Positions 50,063 through 60,469 of a stretch of 64,000 bases of DNA are shown one piece after another; positions within the stretch are counted from its first letter, which is position 1; the number at the start of each line of letters is the position of its first letter. The DNA lies in assembly GCA_965198115.1 (NCBI GenBank), contig OZ240241.1, positions 1,152,001 to 1,216,000 on the forward strand, written 5' to 3'. The notes beneath the pieces were generated by a model. It did not search any database and was not told where the DNA came from. It worked only from the letters and a program-made list of their open reading frames with translations. The stretch comes from Candidatus Latescibacterota bacterium (GTDB taxonomy: Bacteria; Latescibacterota; UBA2968). The translations under genes and the position numbers were made by a program.

Positions 50063-51538
50063 TCACGCCCCCCGCTGCCGACGGTAGAGCCAGCCGAAGA
50101 TCGATCGTGCCCGGGGCGTGAGGCGAGTCCTGTTGTACTGATCTCCCAACTTCCGCGCGATTTCGGCGAACGTCGGGTAGGCGTGGATTGTCGTCGCAAT
50201 CCCACGAAGACCGATATCGTGATTCATAGCGAGCACGAACTCGTGCAGTAGGTCTCCCGCGTGCGCGCCTACCAGCGTAACCCCCAGAATCCTGTCCCCA
50301 CCCTTCTCCGTCAGGATCTTCGCGTAGCCCTTTTCCTCGCTCTCCACAATGTTTCGATCGACGTCTTGTAGCTCCTGCTTGTAAAGATCGTAGGCAATAC
50401 CCTTTTCCTCTGCTTCGTTCTCGCTCAGACCCGCGTGGGCGACTTCGGGGTCGGTGTAGGTCGCCCAAGGAACGACCTTCATGGTCGCCTTCTGACGGAG
50501 GAACTGGAACGGCATCAGGACATTTCGAATGGCAATGCGTGCTTGGGCATCGGCCGTGTGCGTAAACTGATACGGACCGGCGATGTCTCCGGCCGCGTAG
50601 ATGTGTTTCCGATTCGTCTGAAGGTATTCGTTCACCGGAATCCCGTGCCGTTCGTAGGCAACGCCGGCTGCCTCCAAGTTCAAGTCCTCTACGTTAGGAA
50701 TGCGCCCCGCGGCAATGAGCACGGCGTCTGTGTCGAGTGTAATCGGCGTTTCGCCGTCGTCGCCCGTGCGCTGCGAGGCTTCGAGATGAATCGACCCGTT
50801 GCGCCGTTCCGCTGTCTTGAGACTCGTGTTAGTCAAGACACGTACGCCTTCTGTTTCGAGCTGATCCTGCACGAAACGTGCGACGTCGATGTCTTCCTTC
50901 CCCATGATTTGGGGCATGAATTCCACGAGGGTGACCTCGACCCCCAGTCGATTGAAAACCTGTCCGAGTTCACAGCCGATTGGGCCCGCTCCGACGACCA
51001 CGAGCCTCTCAGGCTTCTCGTTCAGGTTGTCGAAGATGGTCTCGTTCGTGAAGTAAGGCACATTCTCGATCCCCTCGATCGGCGGAATGCCCGCGCGACG
51101 ACCTGTGGCGATCACGAAGTGCTTCGATCTCAACACGGTATGGCCGTCGATTTCAACCTCATTGGGCGACAAGAACCTAGCTTGCCCTTTGAACACGTCG
51201 ACACCCAGGCTCTCGAATCGCTCCTCCGAGTCATTCGGCTCGATTCGGGCGCGTCGTGCTCGCATGCGCTCGAATACGTTCGTAAACTCGAAGCTGGGTT
51301 CCATCTTTCCGAGTCCGTATTTCTGTGCGTGGCGTATGGTCTCTATGGCACGTGTCGACGAGATCAAAGCCTTGCTCGGCACACATCCGAAGTTCAGACA
51401 GTCCCCACCCATCTTGTGCCGCTCGATCAGGGCAACCCGTCCACCGAGTCCCGCGGTGCCCGCCGCCGTCACCAGGCCAGCGGTCCCGGCTCCGATGACC
51501 ACCACGTTGTAGGTCCCGTTTCCTCTTGCTTCAGCCAT
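50063..51538 (-). CDS. MerA/Lpd-like pyridine nucleotide-disulfide oxidoreductase
   Basis: GAGTAG, GGDCLNFGCVPSK, GAGPIG, YTDPEVA, HAYPTFAE; no C-terminal Cys-Cys. Confidence 0.9.
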   Translation of the reverse strand: MAEARGNGTYNVVVIGAGTAGLVTAAGTAGLGGRVALIERHKMGGDCLNFGCVPSKALISSTRAIETIRHAQKYGLGKMEPSFEFTNVFERMRARRARIEPNDSEERFESLGVDVFKGQARFLSPNEVEIDGHTVLRSKHFVIATGRRAGIPPIEGIENVPYFTNETIFDNLNEKPERLVVVGAGPIGCELGQVFNRLGVEVTLVEFMPQIMGKEDIDVARFVQDQLETEGVRVLTNTSLKTAERRNGSIHLEASQRTGDDGETPITLDTDAVLIAAGRIPNVEDLNLEAAGVAYERHGIPVNEYLQTNRKHIYAAGDIAGPYQFTHTADAQARIAIRNVLMPFQFLRQKATMKVVPWATYTDPEVAHAGLSENEAEEKGIAYDLYKQELQDVDRNIVESEEKGYAKILTEKGGDRILGVTLVGAHAGDLLHEFVLAMNHDIGLRGIATTIHAYPTFAEIARKLGDQYNRTRLTPRARSIFGWLYRRQRGA

Positions 51539-51768
51539 GTGATTCCCCGGTTTGTCGTGTCCCGCACTTTCAGCGACCGATCGTGATTCCCTCCACATAG
51601 TGGATCGCAATTGCTATGTCAGTAGCCTGGCGTTACGTGGACCGACACTCAACCTGTTGAAACGCAAGGTGTTACTCCGATGATTGGAGGGATGTGATCA
51701 GGTGCTGTTTCTCATCAACCGCTTCGATCCAGGCTCGCTAATCGTCGCCTCTCACGAAAGCGTGAGGG

Positions 51769-53136
51769 TCATCGGGCGGGATCGAAGAACGTCAGGTAGG
51801 GCTCGTCCTGCAGTTCTCGGCGAAGAAGTGTGGCGAGCTCCAAAGCGTGGTAGTCGCCCCACATAGATGACTCACCGGCAGGCACGGATCGTCCATTTGG
51901 AACGTAGTCCCATCCGTTTGGACGGTGGTAAACCGAGTGCAGGAGGAGACCCTGATGTTCGGGATCGGTGGCCAGGTAGGGTTCCGCGAAGAGGGTGCGG
52001 GCAACGGTCAGCGCGGCTCGCAGGTAGGACTGACCATCGTCGTAACGTTTCCCGAGTCGATAGAGTCCCTGGGCGGCAATGGCGGCCGCAGAACTGTCGA
52101 CCGGCTCGTGGTCGTTGTGAGGATCGGCCGGTCTATCCCGCCACCCTTCCAGAAGGGCGAGTCCGGGTGCACCCGTGTCCCAGTATGGGATTCCGTCTGA
52201 TGCGGTCACCCCATCCGCATAGTAGTCGGCTGTGGCCCTCGCTGCTTTCGAGAAGCTCTCAATGATCGTCTCACGCCCTTCGAATTCGTCCAGGTCCACA
52301 TCGTCGAGGGTGTCGACGAACTCGAGCAGCTCGGCGAAACCTGCGATGATCCACGCCATGCCCCGCGTCCAAGTCGAAAATGGCGAATACCCCTGTTGGG
52401 TGCTGGGGCACCGATAGTTTCCATCGTTCACGTTGAAGATCGATTCGTGAACAACCCGCCCCCTCACGTCGTAGTGGTCTCTTCCCTCCCCGTAGTAGAC
52501 GTTGTAGGCGGCCGTCGTCTCTGCGTGTTGAATCAATCGTTCAAGCAGAGAGATCGGCTGATCGCCTTCTCCCATGAGCGCGTGACCGAGGGTGTGTGCG
52601 AGGCCTAGCGCGCGACACGATCGAATTGTGTCAGAAAACAGAGAATGAGGGCCGTTGAACGAGTAGATGAATCCACGACCGTCGTGAATCGTCGTCCATC
52701 GCGCAGCCTGAACAGCGCCAGACGATTTGATGGCAATCTCATAAAAGTGGCGTTCCCATTCATTTTCGGGAATCTTCCCCTCACGCATGAGTCTGCGCAG
52801 GTTGCCGTAGGTGGATAGATTGTTGAAACCGTGGTCGTGCACACCGACGTGGGTGACGTGACTGGCCATCTTTGCGACGGTTTCGGACCGGCCGATCTGA
52901 AGCAGATCCTCCTCGCCCGTTCCTTCGAAAGCCAGTACGGAACACCCGAACTGAAACCCCTGTGTCCATTCGGTCCAGCCTCGGGTCGTGTACTCGCCTT
53001 TAACCGTGAAAACGGGAGTGCCTCTACTCGGGTCCCACGCACTCGACAGACCCCTCGCTTTTCGGGCAGCAAGCGCAAAAACCTGGTCTATGGCACCTGC
53101 CAGGTCGGGTAGCTGAATGTTCGGGTCGATCCTCAT
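51769..53136 (-). CDS. Glycoside hydrolase family 88-like (unsaturated glucuronyl hydrolase)
   Basis: WTEWTQGF, HDHGF, STWTRGMAW, VDSSAAAIAA, WGDYH. Confidence 0.8.
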   Translation of the reverse strand: MRIDPNIQLPDLAGAIDQVFALAARKARGLSSAWDPSRGTPVFTVKGEYTTRGWTEWTQGFQFGCSVLAFEGTGEEDLLQIGRSETVAKMASHVTHVGVHDHGFNNLSTYGNLRRLMREGKIPENEWERHFYEIAIKSSGAVQAARWTTIHDGRGFIYSFNGPHSLFSDTIRSCRALGLAHTLGHALMGEGDQPISLLERLIQHAETTAAYNVYYGEGRDHYDVRGRVVHESIFNVNDGNYRCPSTQQGYSPFSTWTRGMAWIIAGFAELLEFVDTLDDVDLDEFEGRETIIESFSKAARATADYYADGVTASDGIPYWDTGAPGLALLEGWRDRPADPHNDHEPVDSSAAAIAAQGLYRLGKRYDDGQSYLRAALTVARTLFAEPYLATDPEHQGLLLHSVYHRPNGWDYVPNGRSVPAGESSMWGDYHALELATLLRRELQDEPYLTFFDPAR

Positions 53137-53291
53137 CCTATCTCCGGTTGCATCCTTCGCTCTTCGGGGCGCGGGATAATACCAAATAGCCACGCAACTC
53201 GCTACGGGAACAGGGCTTGACGCGAGCGGCTGTGATCCTATCATTGGATCTCGCTGAAGCTGCGCCCGATATGAGACTTAGGAGTGTTCAG

Positions 53292-54038
53292 ATGCCGGAA
53301 AAAAAACACGGCCCCGTGGGTTACGACGACACCCCCGTTTTGCCGGGCCAGCCGTGGCGCGTCCACGACGGTGAACGACCACAACCGCGCGTCGTCACAC
53401 CCGGAGCGGCCTCGACATCCGCACCCTCGGACGCCGTCGTCTTGTTCGACGGGACCGATGTCTCGGGCTGGGTCGGGCCTGACGGGGGCCCGATCGGTTG
53501 GACTATCGAAAACGGCTACGTGGAGGTCTCTCCGAAGACCGGGGGCATTACGTCAAAGGCGACCTTCGGAGATGTTCAACTGCACCTGGAGTTTGCATCC
53601 CCTGCCGTAGTCAAAGGATCGAGCCAGGGCCGCGGCAACAGTGGTGTTTTTCTGATGGGTCTATATGAGGTTCAGGTCCTGGACGGATATGACAACGTCA
53701 CCTACGCGGACGGCACGACGGGGGCGATCTACGGTCAGTATCCTCCGCTCGTCAACGCCTGTCGGCCCCCCGGCGAATGGCAAGTTTACGATGTCGTCTT
53801 CCAGGCGCCACGTTTTCACGGCTCGAATCTCGTGAGCCCAGCTTTTTTGACCGTAATTCTCAACGGCGTACTGTTGCATCATCACAAGGCGGCCAACGGC
53901 CCGACCGGCCACAAGAACGTCTCGTCCTATGCAGAGCCCCACGGGCCCACAGGGCCTCTTATGCTCCAGGATCACGGCGACCTCGTGCGCTACCGAAACA
54001 TCTGGGTGCGTGAGCTGACGGACTACGACCAGGGGTGA
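53292..54038 (+). CDS. DUF1080 / 3-keto-glycoside hydratase-like protein
   Basis: LFDGTD, GNSGVF, YEVQVLD, GAIYG, LQDHG, YRNIWVR. Confidence 0.88.
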   Translation: MPEKKHGPVGYDDTPVLPGQPWRVHDGERPQPRVVTPGAASTSAPSDAVVLFDGTDVSGWVGPDGGPIGWTIENGYVEVSPKTGGITSKATFGDVQLHLEFASPAVVKGSSQGRGNSGVFLMGLYEVQVLDGYDNVTYADGTTGAIYGQYPPLVNACRPPGEWQVYDVVFQAPRFHGSNLVSPAFLTVILNGVLLHHHKAANGPTGHKNVSSYAEPHGPTGPLMLQDHGDLVRYRNIWVRELTDYDQG

Positions 54039-54060
54039 AAGCCGTCGCACCCGAAAACAG

Positions 54061-54092
54061 GAAGGGGATCTGCTAAGCAGATCCCCTTCTTT
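54061..54092. terminator. Hairpin terminator between convergent genes
   Basis: GAAGGGGATCTGCT-A-AGCAGATCCCCTTC-TTT. Confidence 0.85.
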
Positions 54093-54110
54093 GCATTGCA
54101 GGACAACCCG

Positions 54111-57100
54111 CTACTGTGTTTGCGCGAATTGCAGGAAGTCCTGAAAACCGATCACCCCATCGCCGTCCAGGTCATACCTGACGTCGAACCCGTCGTTCCC
54201 GTCGTCCAAGCCAAACTGAGATCGAAGCTTGTCCCACGTGAGCGGGTCGTGCTCCACGCGAAGGCGGACTTCCGCTGCGGATCCAATCCCCATGGGACGC
54301 ACGCCTGATGGTCCCCCGAGCGTTGCAGCCACCACTTTTATGACCTCATGTTCAACGGCGCCCGGTTGTAGAATCACCTTTCCAATCAATCCCCCAGTTT
54401 CTGGGAGAACTCCTCCCAGAAGCCCTGCCGTGATCCGCAGCAGCGGCGCGTCCTCCGTGATCAACAGCTGTGTGCCTTCGATGGCGGGGCCCGCCTCGAA
54501 ACGGTCGAAACCCATCGATCCAGTTTCGAGCAGCACCTCGATCCCCAGCAGATCCAGTCCCCCACTGAAGTGGATCTCCACGGACACTTTTTCGTCGCTT
54601 GATATTTGCCCGTCCCGTATGCCTTCGTCCTCCGGTCCGGGACCTAGATCGAGGGCGACTCCAGAGAGAACGTCGAACGTTCGTACGAGTTCTGGGAGCC
54701 CCGGAATGCTGATCGTCAGCTGGAGATCCCCGACCGTTTTGGGATGGAGCTGGAAGAAAGTTCGACCCGAAGAAACGGTTGCGACTTCAGGCACGATGGT
54801 AGCGTCTCCCCTCGTTATCTCGATCGACACCCGTGTGGAATCATCTCCTTCGTCGACCGCGCCCAGGTCGTCCAGAATCGTCACAAACAGCGGCGAGACG
54901 GTGTGTCCGTCCAAGAGGAGGTGTTTGGAGGGCAGAGAAGCAGAAAGCGTTGCCGCTCTTTCTGCCACCCAGCGCAGTTGGTAGGCGGCTTCGTGTTCGG
55001 CAGAAGCCTGACAATCACAATCTCTTCGGAAAACCGTGGGCCGATTCGGACGCGCTTCCTGCCTCGGGCGAGAACGCGCTCGTCGTCTCCCAGGACCTCG
55101 ATTTGGACATCCTCTTCTGATACCGCGTCGATCGTGTAGTGTTGTCCCTCCGTGACGGGGAGTACAAGCCAATCGACGTCGGCTGGTGAGTGAAGCGTGC
55201 GCTCGACGAACTGAGTTTCCAACACTGCGGGCCGATCCGGAGAATCAGGTTCAAAAACGTCGGGCCACTGCCAGGACGAGGCCTCCAGGGCCCGCACTCG
55301 ACGGGAAACGGGCGCCGCGCCGGGGGCAAGAGCCTCGATTTCGATCGTCCCAGGTTTCAGCGCCGTCACCCGGGCGGTCGCCCTTCCGTTGAGAACCGGA
55401 ACCGACAGATTGCGAATTCGAGCGTCGCCCCGTTTAACCTGGAAAGACACGGAAACGCTCTCTGCCTGAGCCGCGGCCTCAAGATCACGAACGTCGAACG
55501 TCACCCAGCCTTCACTCACGCCGTTGGCCAGGAAGGGTGGTCCGGTCTCCGCTACGTGCAATGCTCTGATCGGACTGGCTTCGATCGAGACCGTTGCACC
55601 CCAGGTTCCCGGCGCCACCGCACGTAAAACGATCGACCCGGGTCTTTCTGTTAGCAATTGCGCTTCAGCCCCGGAACCCTGCCCCACGATCGTCCGCAGA
55701 TGGCCTTCCCCTCCGATGATCGACCATACGATGGGCAGATCGATCGATGCTTGAGCGATCACGTGGGCAACGCTCAGTCCATCCGCGCTGATCTCTCTGC
55801 GATCGGCAGACACCGTCAGGGTGGATTCGGCAGGGAGAAGTCGGCGGATCACCTGACCTCGCGTGTCTGTGACGACGATCCCTCCGAATTCGTCGACGAA
55901 GAGGGCGTGAGGATCGAACTTTTCGCCCGGCGGTACACCAACGGTTGACAGGGTGCCATTGGGCGCAACCTGGCGGATCGCCCGGTTCATCCGATCGGAG
56001 ATAAACACTCTACCCCACCGGTCGGTCGCAAGACCGGTCGGCCGGTTCAACAGCCCGAGTGTTGCTGACCCGCCATCACCGGCGTAGCCCGGTTCTCCGG
56101 TGCCCACGAACGTCCGGATGGACCCGTCGCCGGCGACCGCTCTGATCCGATGGTTGCCCTGATCTGCGATCAGCATGGTTCCATCTTCGAGGAAAGCGAG
56201 GGCGGCGGGATGGGACAAGCCGGCATCAGTCGCGGGCCCTCCGTCCCCCCCGGACCCTTCTCTACCCGATCCGGCCACCGTCGTAATTCGCGCGTGGGGG
56301 CCGATTCTCCGCACGACGTGGTTGCCCTGTTCGGTCACGTAGAGAGCGCCGTCGGGCCCCACACACAGGCCCGTGGGTGTGTCGAGGTCGGCCCTCGTGG
56401 CGAATCCACCGTCACCGCTGTATCCCGCCCGACCCGTTCCGGCGACCGTCCAGATTCTTCCCGATGTAGTCACCGTTCGAACACGGTGGTTGAAGGTATC
56501 GGCCACGTAGAGCCTGCCAGAACCGTCGCCCGCAACACCCGTCGGGGCCGCGAGTGAAGCAGCCGAGGCCGGGCCACCATCACCACTGAAACCATAGCTT
56601 CCAGAACCCGCGACCGATCGAACACGACCGTCTTCGATTAACCGGATCCGGTTGTTCGACGTATCCGCGACGTAGATCCGTCCCGCTCGGTCTCCCCAGA
56701 CTCCGAACGGATTACTCAATCGTGCATCTGTCGGCCCGCCGCCGTCCCCAATCCCTCCTCCGGCAAAATTCTGAAACCCCTCCATCGGGTCCCACGTGAA
56801 CACGAGGCCACGGCGCTCTGCGATCAGGTAGAGGTGACCCGTCCCATCGGTCTGTAAACCAGAGATGGCGATGGGCAGATCGTTTGTCTGTGATTGTCCG
56901 GATTCGGGATCGAACAGATAGAAACGACGTTGCCCCGCGTCGAGCAGAAACAGCCTGCCGAAGCCGAATGCGATGGAGATCGCCGTTTCGTGAGGGGCGC
57001 CCAGGTCCTGTAGCCCATCGCCATCAGTCCATCGCCAGACCCGTCCCCCCGACTCCAGTAGATACAAATGAGCAGGGGCCCCGGCGAGGTCGATCACCGC

Positions 57101-57592
57101 GCCCAGACGCTCTGCCCACTCGACCGGGGTGCTGCTGCCGTCTTCACCGATCCGAATGATCGTCGAGTCGGGTCCAACGAGCGCGAAAAAACCCTCCGAC
57201 GAAGGCGCTGCTGCGATCCGTAGGATGTGTCCGTCGTAGCCAGACCTTGTGATGCCCGATTCCTCTACACGTCCCAGCTGGCGGTCGGCCGGCCGATAGA
57301 GAAAAATCCCTCCACTCCGATTGTTGAGCAAGGTGAATTGCTCCCCGCCTACGTCGGTCGGAAACTGCAGAAATGTCTCGATGGTGCCGTCCTGAAGAAT
57401 GCGGCGAACGCGCTGCTGACCCACCTCAGCGATGTAGACTCGACCATCCGCATCAGACGCGAGAGAGGTGGGTCCGTGCAGCACCGCGTCGGAGGCGGGA
57501 AGGTTGTCGCCCCATCCCCCTCCGGCGAGCGTATGGAGAGTCTGAGCTGGAAGTGGATTCGAAAGGAGAGCAAGCAGCAACAGTGTGAACAT
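54111..57592 (-). CDS. Large secreted NHL-repeat / Ig-like protein with C-terminal dockerin/EF-hand motif; frameshift ~55008
   Basis: Signal peptide; many GxSGDGGxA...YVADTxNxRIR repeats; invasin-like ADG/ANG Ig units; DVFEPD...DVDW; DLDGDGVIGFQDFLQF. Confidence 0.82.
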
Positions 57593-57741
57593 CGGTCGGT
57601 CACCTCGCGATGGAATCAGCACTGCAAAAACCTACCGACCCGTCTTGACAGAAGCAACCTGCGGCAACCGATCGCCTCTATGTGGCGAAAAACCGCGTAC
57701 AGGGACGAGAATCCACGGGCACGCGACGGCCGCGCAGATGT

Positions 57742-59082
57742 TCACGAGTGGGAAGGAGCGGTGAGTTCGAAAGCGCCCCCGCTTGGACGCGTCAGGAAGA
57801 ACGCGGAAGTCTGAACGTGCTGTGGAAAGGCGTCCTGGTAGCGCGCTCGCCATCGCCCCAAAAACTCGACCGCCTCGCCGACGGCGACAGCTGCCCATAC
57901 ACTGCCGCCAAAACCAGCGCCAAAGGCCGATGCCGCGACTGCATCTTCTGCGATGGCGGCATCGCATAGACCCGTGGTTTCGGGAACCTGATTTCCAAGC
58001 AAGCGCGCCCCACGTGACTGGGACTCAGTGACGACCCGTCCGAGTGTTTCGTGATCGCACCGATCCAAGGCGTCCGTCGCGTCTGGCACGAGTTGCTCGC
58101 TCTCGACAACAAAGTGGTCGAATCGCTGCACGAGTTCCCTCGATTCGAATTCTGCGACGGTCGCGTCCTCAAGAACCCGCCTGACCTTTTCCTCGCCCAA
58201 TTCTCGCGTGGCATCGGCCAGGCTCCCCCACTCTCCTCCCGTCGTCTGGCGCGTGACGGCAAGGGCGACCGAGGCCAGACGGGAGGCCCTGTTGTAGAGG
58301 GTCATGGCATTCCCCGTTTTTTCTGCGACCACGCCTGACGCTCCGACGGCAATCGTAAGCGACTCGGGAAACCGAACCGATCGCTCGTGGCGTACGGGGC
58401 AGTAGGCGTATTGTTCGACACAACCGCCAGTACACGTGAGAATGGCCGTGTGATCCTCACTGCCTCCAAAAGTGCCGACACCAGCGTCCCCCTCGAGCGC
58501 CCCGAACGATTGACCGTTTTCCACCGTCCCAAGGTAGCCGGCAAGGTCGAGCACGTCCCCGATTGCTTCTGTGTATGTCGGTCCATTTTTCAGATCGTTC
58601 CGTTCGATCAGACCGAGGCTGAAGCCAACGATCAGTGCACTCGAACTGCTGAGACCCGCAGCGAGAGGCAAGTCGCTCCCAAAAAAGAAATCGGCGCCCT
58701 GGAGGGCGCCGAAATTGCGGACCAATCTGCGGCCGACCGTCATAGGATAGTTCGCCCATCCCGATCGGGGCGCAAGTTCGGGTGACAGCTCGAACTCAAC
58801 ACACTCGTCACGTTTCCGATCGATGACCCGGACGACGCAGTCCGACCGCGGTCGAACGACAAACCAGATACCGCGGCACGTCGCGGCGAGAAGACTTCTG
58901 CCGCCGGCATAGTCCGTATGCTTTCCGAGCAATTCAATCCTGCCGGGCACCCACCAGATCCGGTCCCCGTCGTGCACATCATCGGGCAAAACCTGCGTGA
59001 GCTCGTCGACACGCGTGCGAGCCTGGTCCGGATCCATGCCCCTTTTCAGGAGTGTTGAGGAAAACTTCTCCAGAGGTTCCAT
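57742..59082 (-). CDS. galK: Galactokinase (in frame with upstream pfk in this assembly)
   Basis: PGRIELLGKHTDY, PLAAGLSSSSA, GAGFGG. Confidence 0.82.
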   Translation of the reverse strand: MEPLEKFSSTLLKRGMDPDQARTRVDELTQVLPDDVHDGDRIWWVPGRIELLGKHTDYAGGRSLLAATCRGIWFVVRPRSDCVVRVIDRKRDECVEFELSPELAPRSGWANYPMTVGRRLVRNFGALQGADFFFGSDLPLAAGLSSSSALIVGFSLGLIERNDLKNGPTYTEAIGDVLDLAGYLGTVENGQSFGALEGDAGVGTFGGSEDHTAILTCTGGCVEQYAYCPVRHERSVRFPESLTIAVGASGVVAEKTGNAMTLYNRASRLASVALAVTRQTTGGEWGSLADATRELGEEKVRRVLEDATVAEFESRELVQRFDHFVVESEQLVPDATDALDRCDHETLGRVVTESQSRGARLLGNQVPETTGLCDAAIAEDAVAASAFGAGFGGSVWAAVAVGEAVEFLGRWRARYQDAFPQHVQTSAFFLTRPSGGAFELTAPSHS

Positions 59083-60453
59083 CAGGTAAGTTCTGATGCG
59101 CCGTGCTACATCGGTGTTCACGGAGTGATACGGTCGAAACAGGTTCCCACTGTCGAACAGAGTCCTCCGTATGTTTTCGAGGTCATCGTGCCCGAGCGCC
59201 TGACTGAAGATCTGGAGGAGATATTCGGTTCCCATCCGGGACGGGGCCAGACGCTCTTCATCGTAGAACGTCGGGTGAACATACCGCGCGTGGATGTACC
59301 CCCACTGATCCCTGAGTGAATTGGCGTCAATGCTGTCGAGATAGAAGCCTTCCTGACGGTTCCACTGCAGCGTGGCGATGGCGTTGTTCTGACCTTCGAG
59401 CAGCATGTCGACCGCCTTGCCCCCCAGCTGGGCCGCATAGAACCTGTCGAACAGAATCGGACGACCACCCCGCTGGGTGTGCCCCACTTTTCGCGTGAAG
59501 ATGGCCGCATCCGCCGATTCACTACGTCGCCGCACGCGAAAGAATTCGTCCCCGATCCGTTCGATCAGGATACTCCTCAGCGCCTCCGCCGCCCCGGAGA
59601 GCTGGATGTTGCCCGCCGGGTCCGTGGAATGCATTTGAGCACCCAATTCGAGCCCGTCCTCACCCTTTATCCCTTCGCCACAGACGATGACGACGTTCTT
59701 CTGGCGGTCGTAGAGCTCGAGCACTTGCTCCGCCACCAGGTCGCAATTCAGCGGAACTTCGGGAATGAGGATGATGTCGGGCTGTCCGTAAGCCACCCCG
59801 AGGGCGATATAGCCCGAGTGTCGCCCCATGACTTCGACGATCGCGATCCGGCGATGACTTTCTGCCGTCGTTCGGATTCGCTGGATGCCCATGGCGGCAT
59901 CGAAGACGGCAGTGGCGTATCCCGGTGTCACGTAGTTGACCATGTACTCGAGATCGAACTCCGAAAGCGAGCGACTCCGACGGTATATCGTTTCCCCTCC
60001 CGAGATCTCACGAATCCACTCTTGCGCCTCCGACGCGTAGTTGAGTCCGAGGTCGTTGTCGATCGTCTTGGGTGCCAGGACGGACGGGATCCGCTCCGAA
60101 ATCGGTTGCAGCCCGTTCAACGTCCCGTCGCCACCGACGCAGATGAGCCCGTCGATCTTCAGGTGGTTCAGGCGATCGAGTATTCGCGCCAATTCTTCGG
60201 GTTCGTCGGGATCGACGTAAGCCCGCGACGCCCCGAGGATCGTTCCGCCTTGTGTCGCGTCCAGTTCGGGAATTTCTCGAAAGAGTGGGTTGAGGTGCAC
60301 GTGGGGCACGCGAGGGTTGAGCAGGCTATCGTATCCCTTGATCAGGCCGAAAACCTCGACGTGCAGGTGGTTGGCGCGTGCGACGGCTCCGTGGAGGGTC
60401 GCATTCAGCGCTGGAGTGTCACCGCCGGCCGTCAGAATGGCAATTCTGTTCAC
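59083..60453 (-). CDS. pfkA: 6-phosphofructokinase family protein
   Basis: ILTAGGDTPALNA, GGTILG, GGDG, PKTIDND, EVMGRHSG, GHTQRGG. Confidence 0.88.
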
Positions 60454-60469
60454 CGACCCACCTCCTTCC

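Noticed and set aside
50063-51538. True mercuric reductase merA
   Set aside because: No C-terminal Cys-Cys, no NmerA domain, no mer operon
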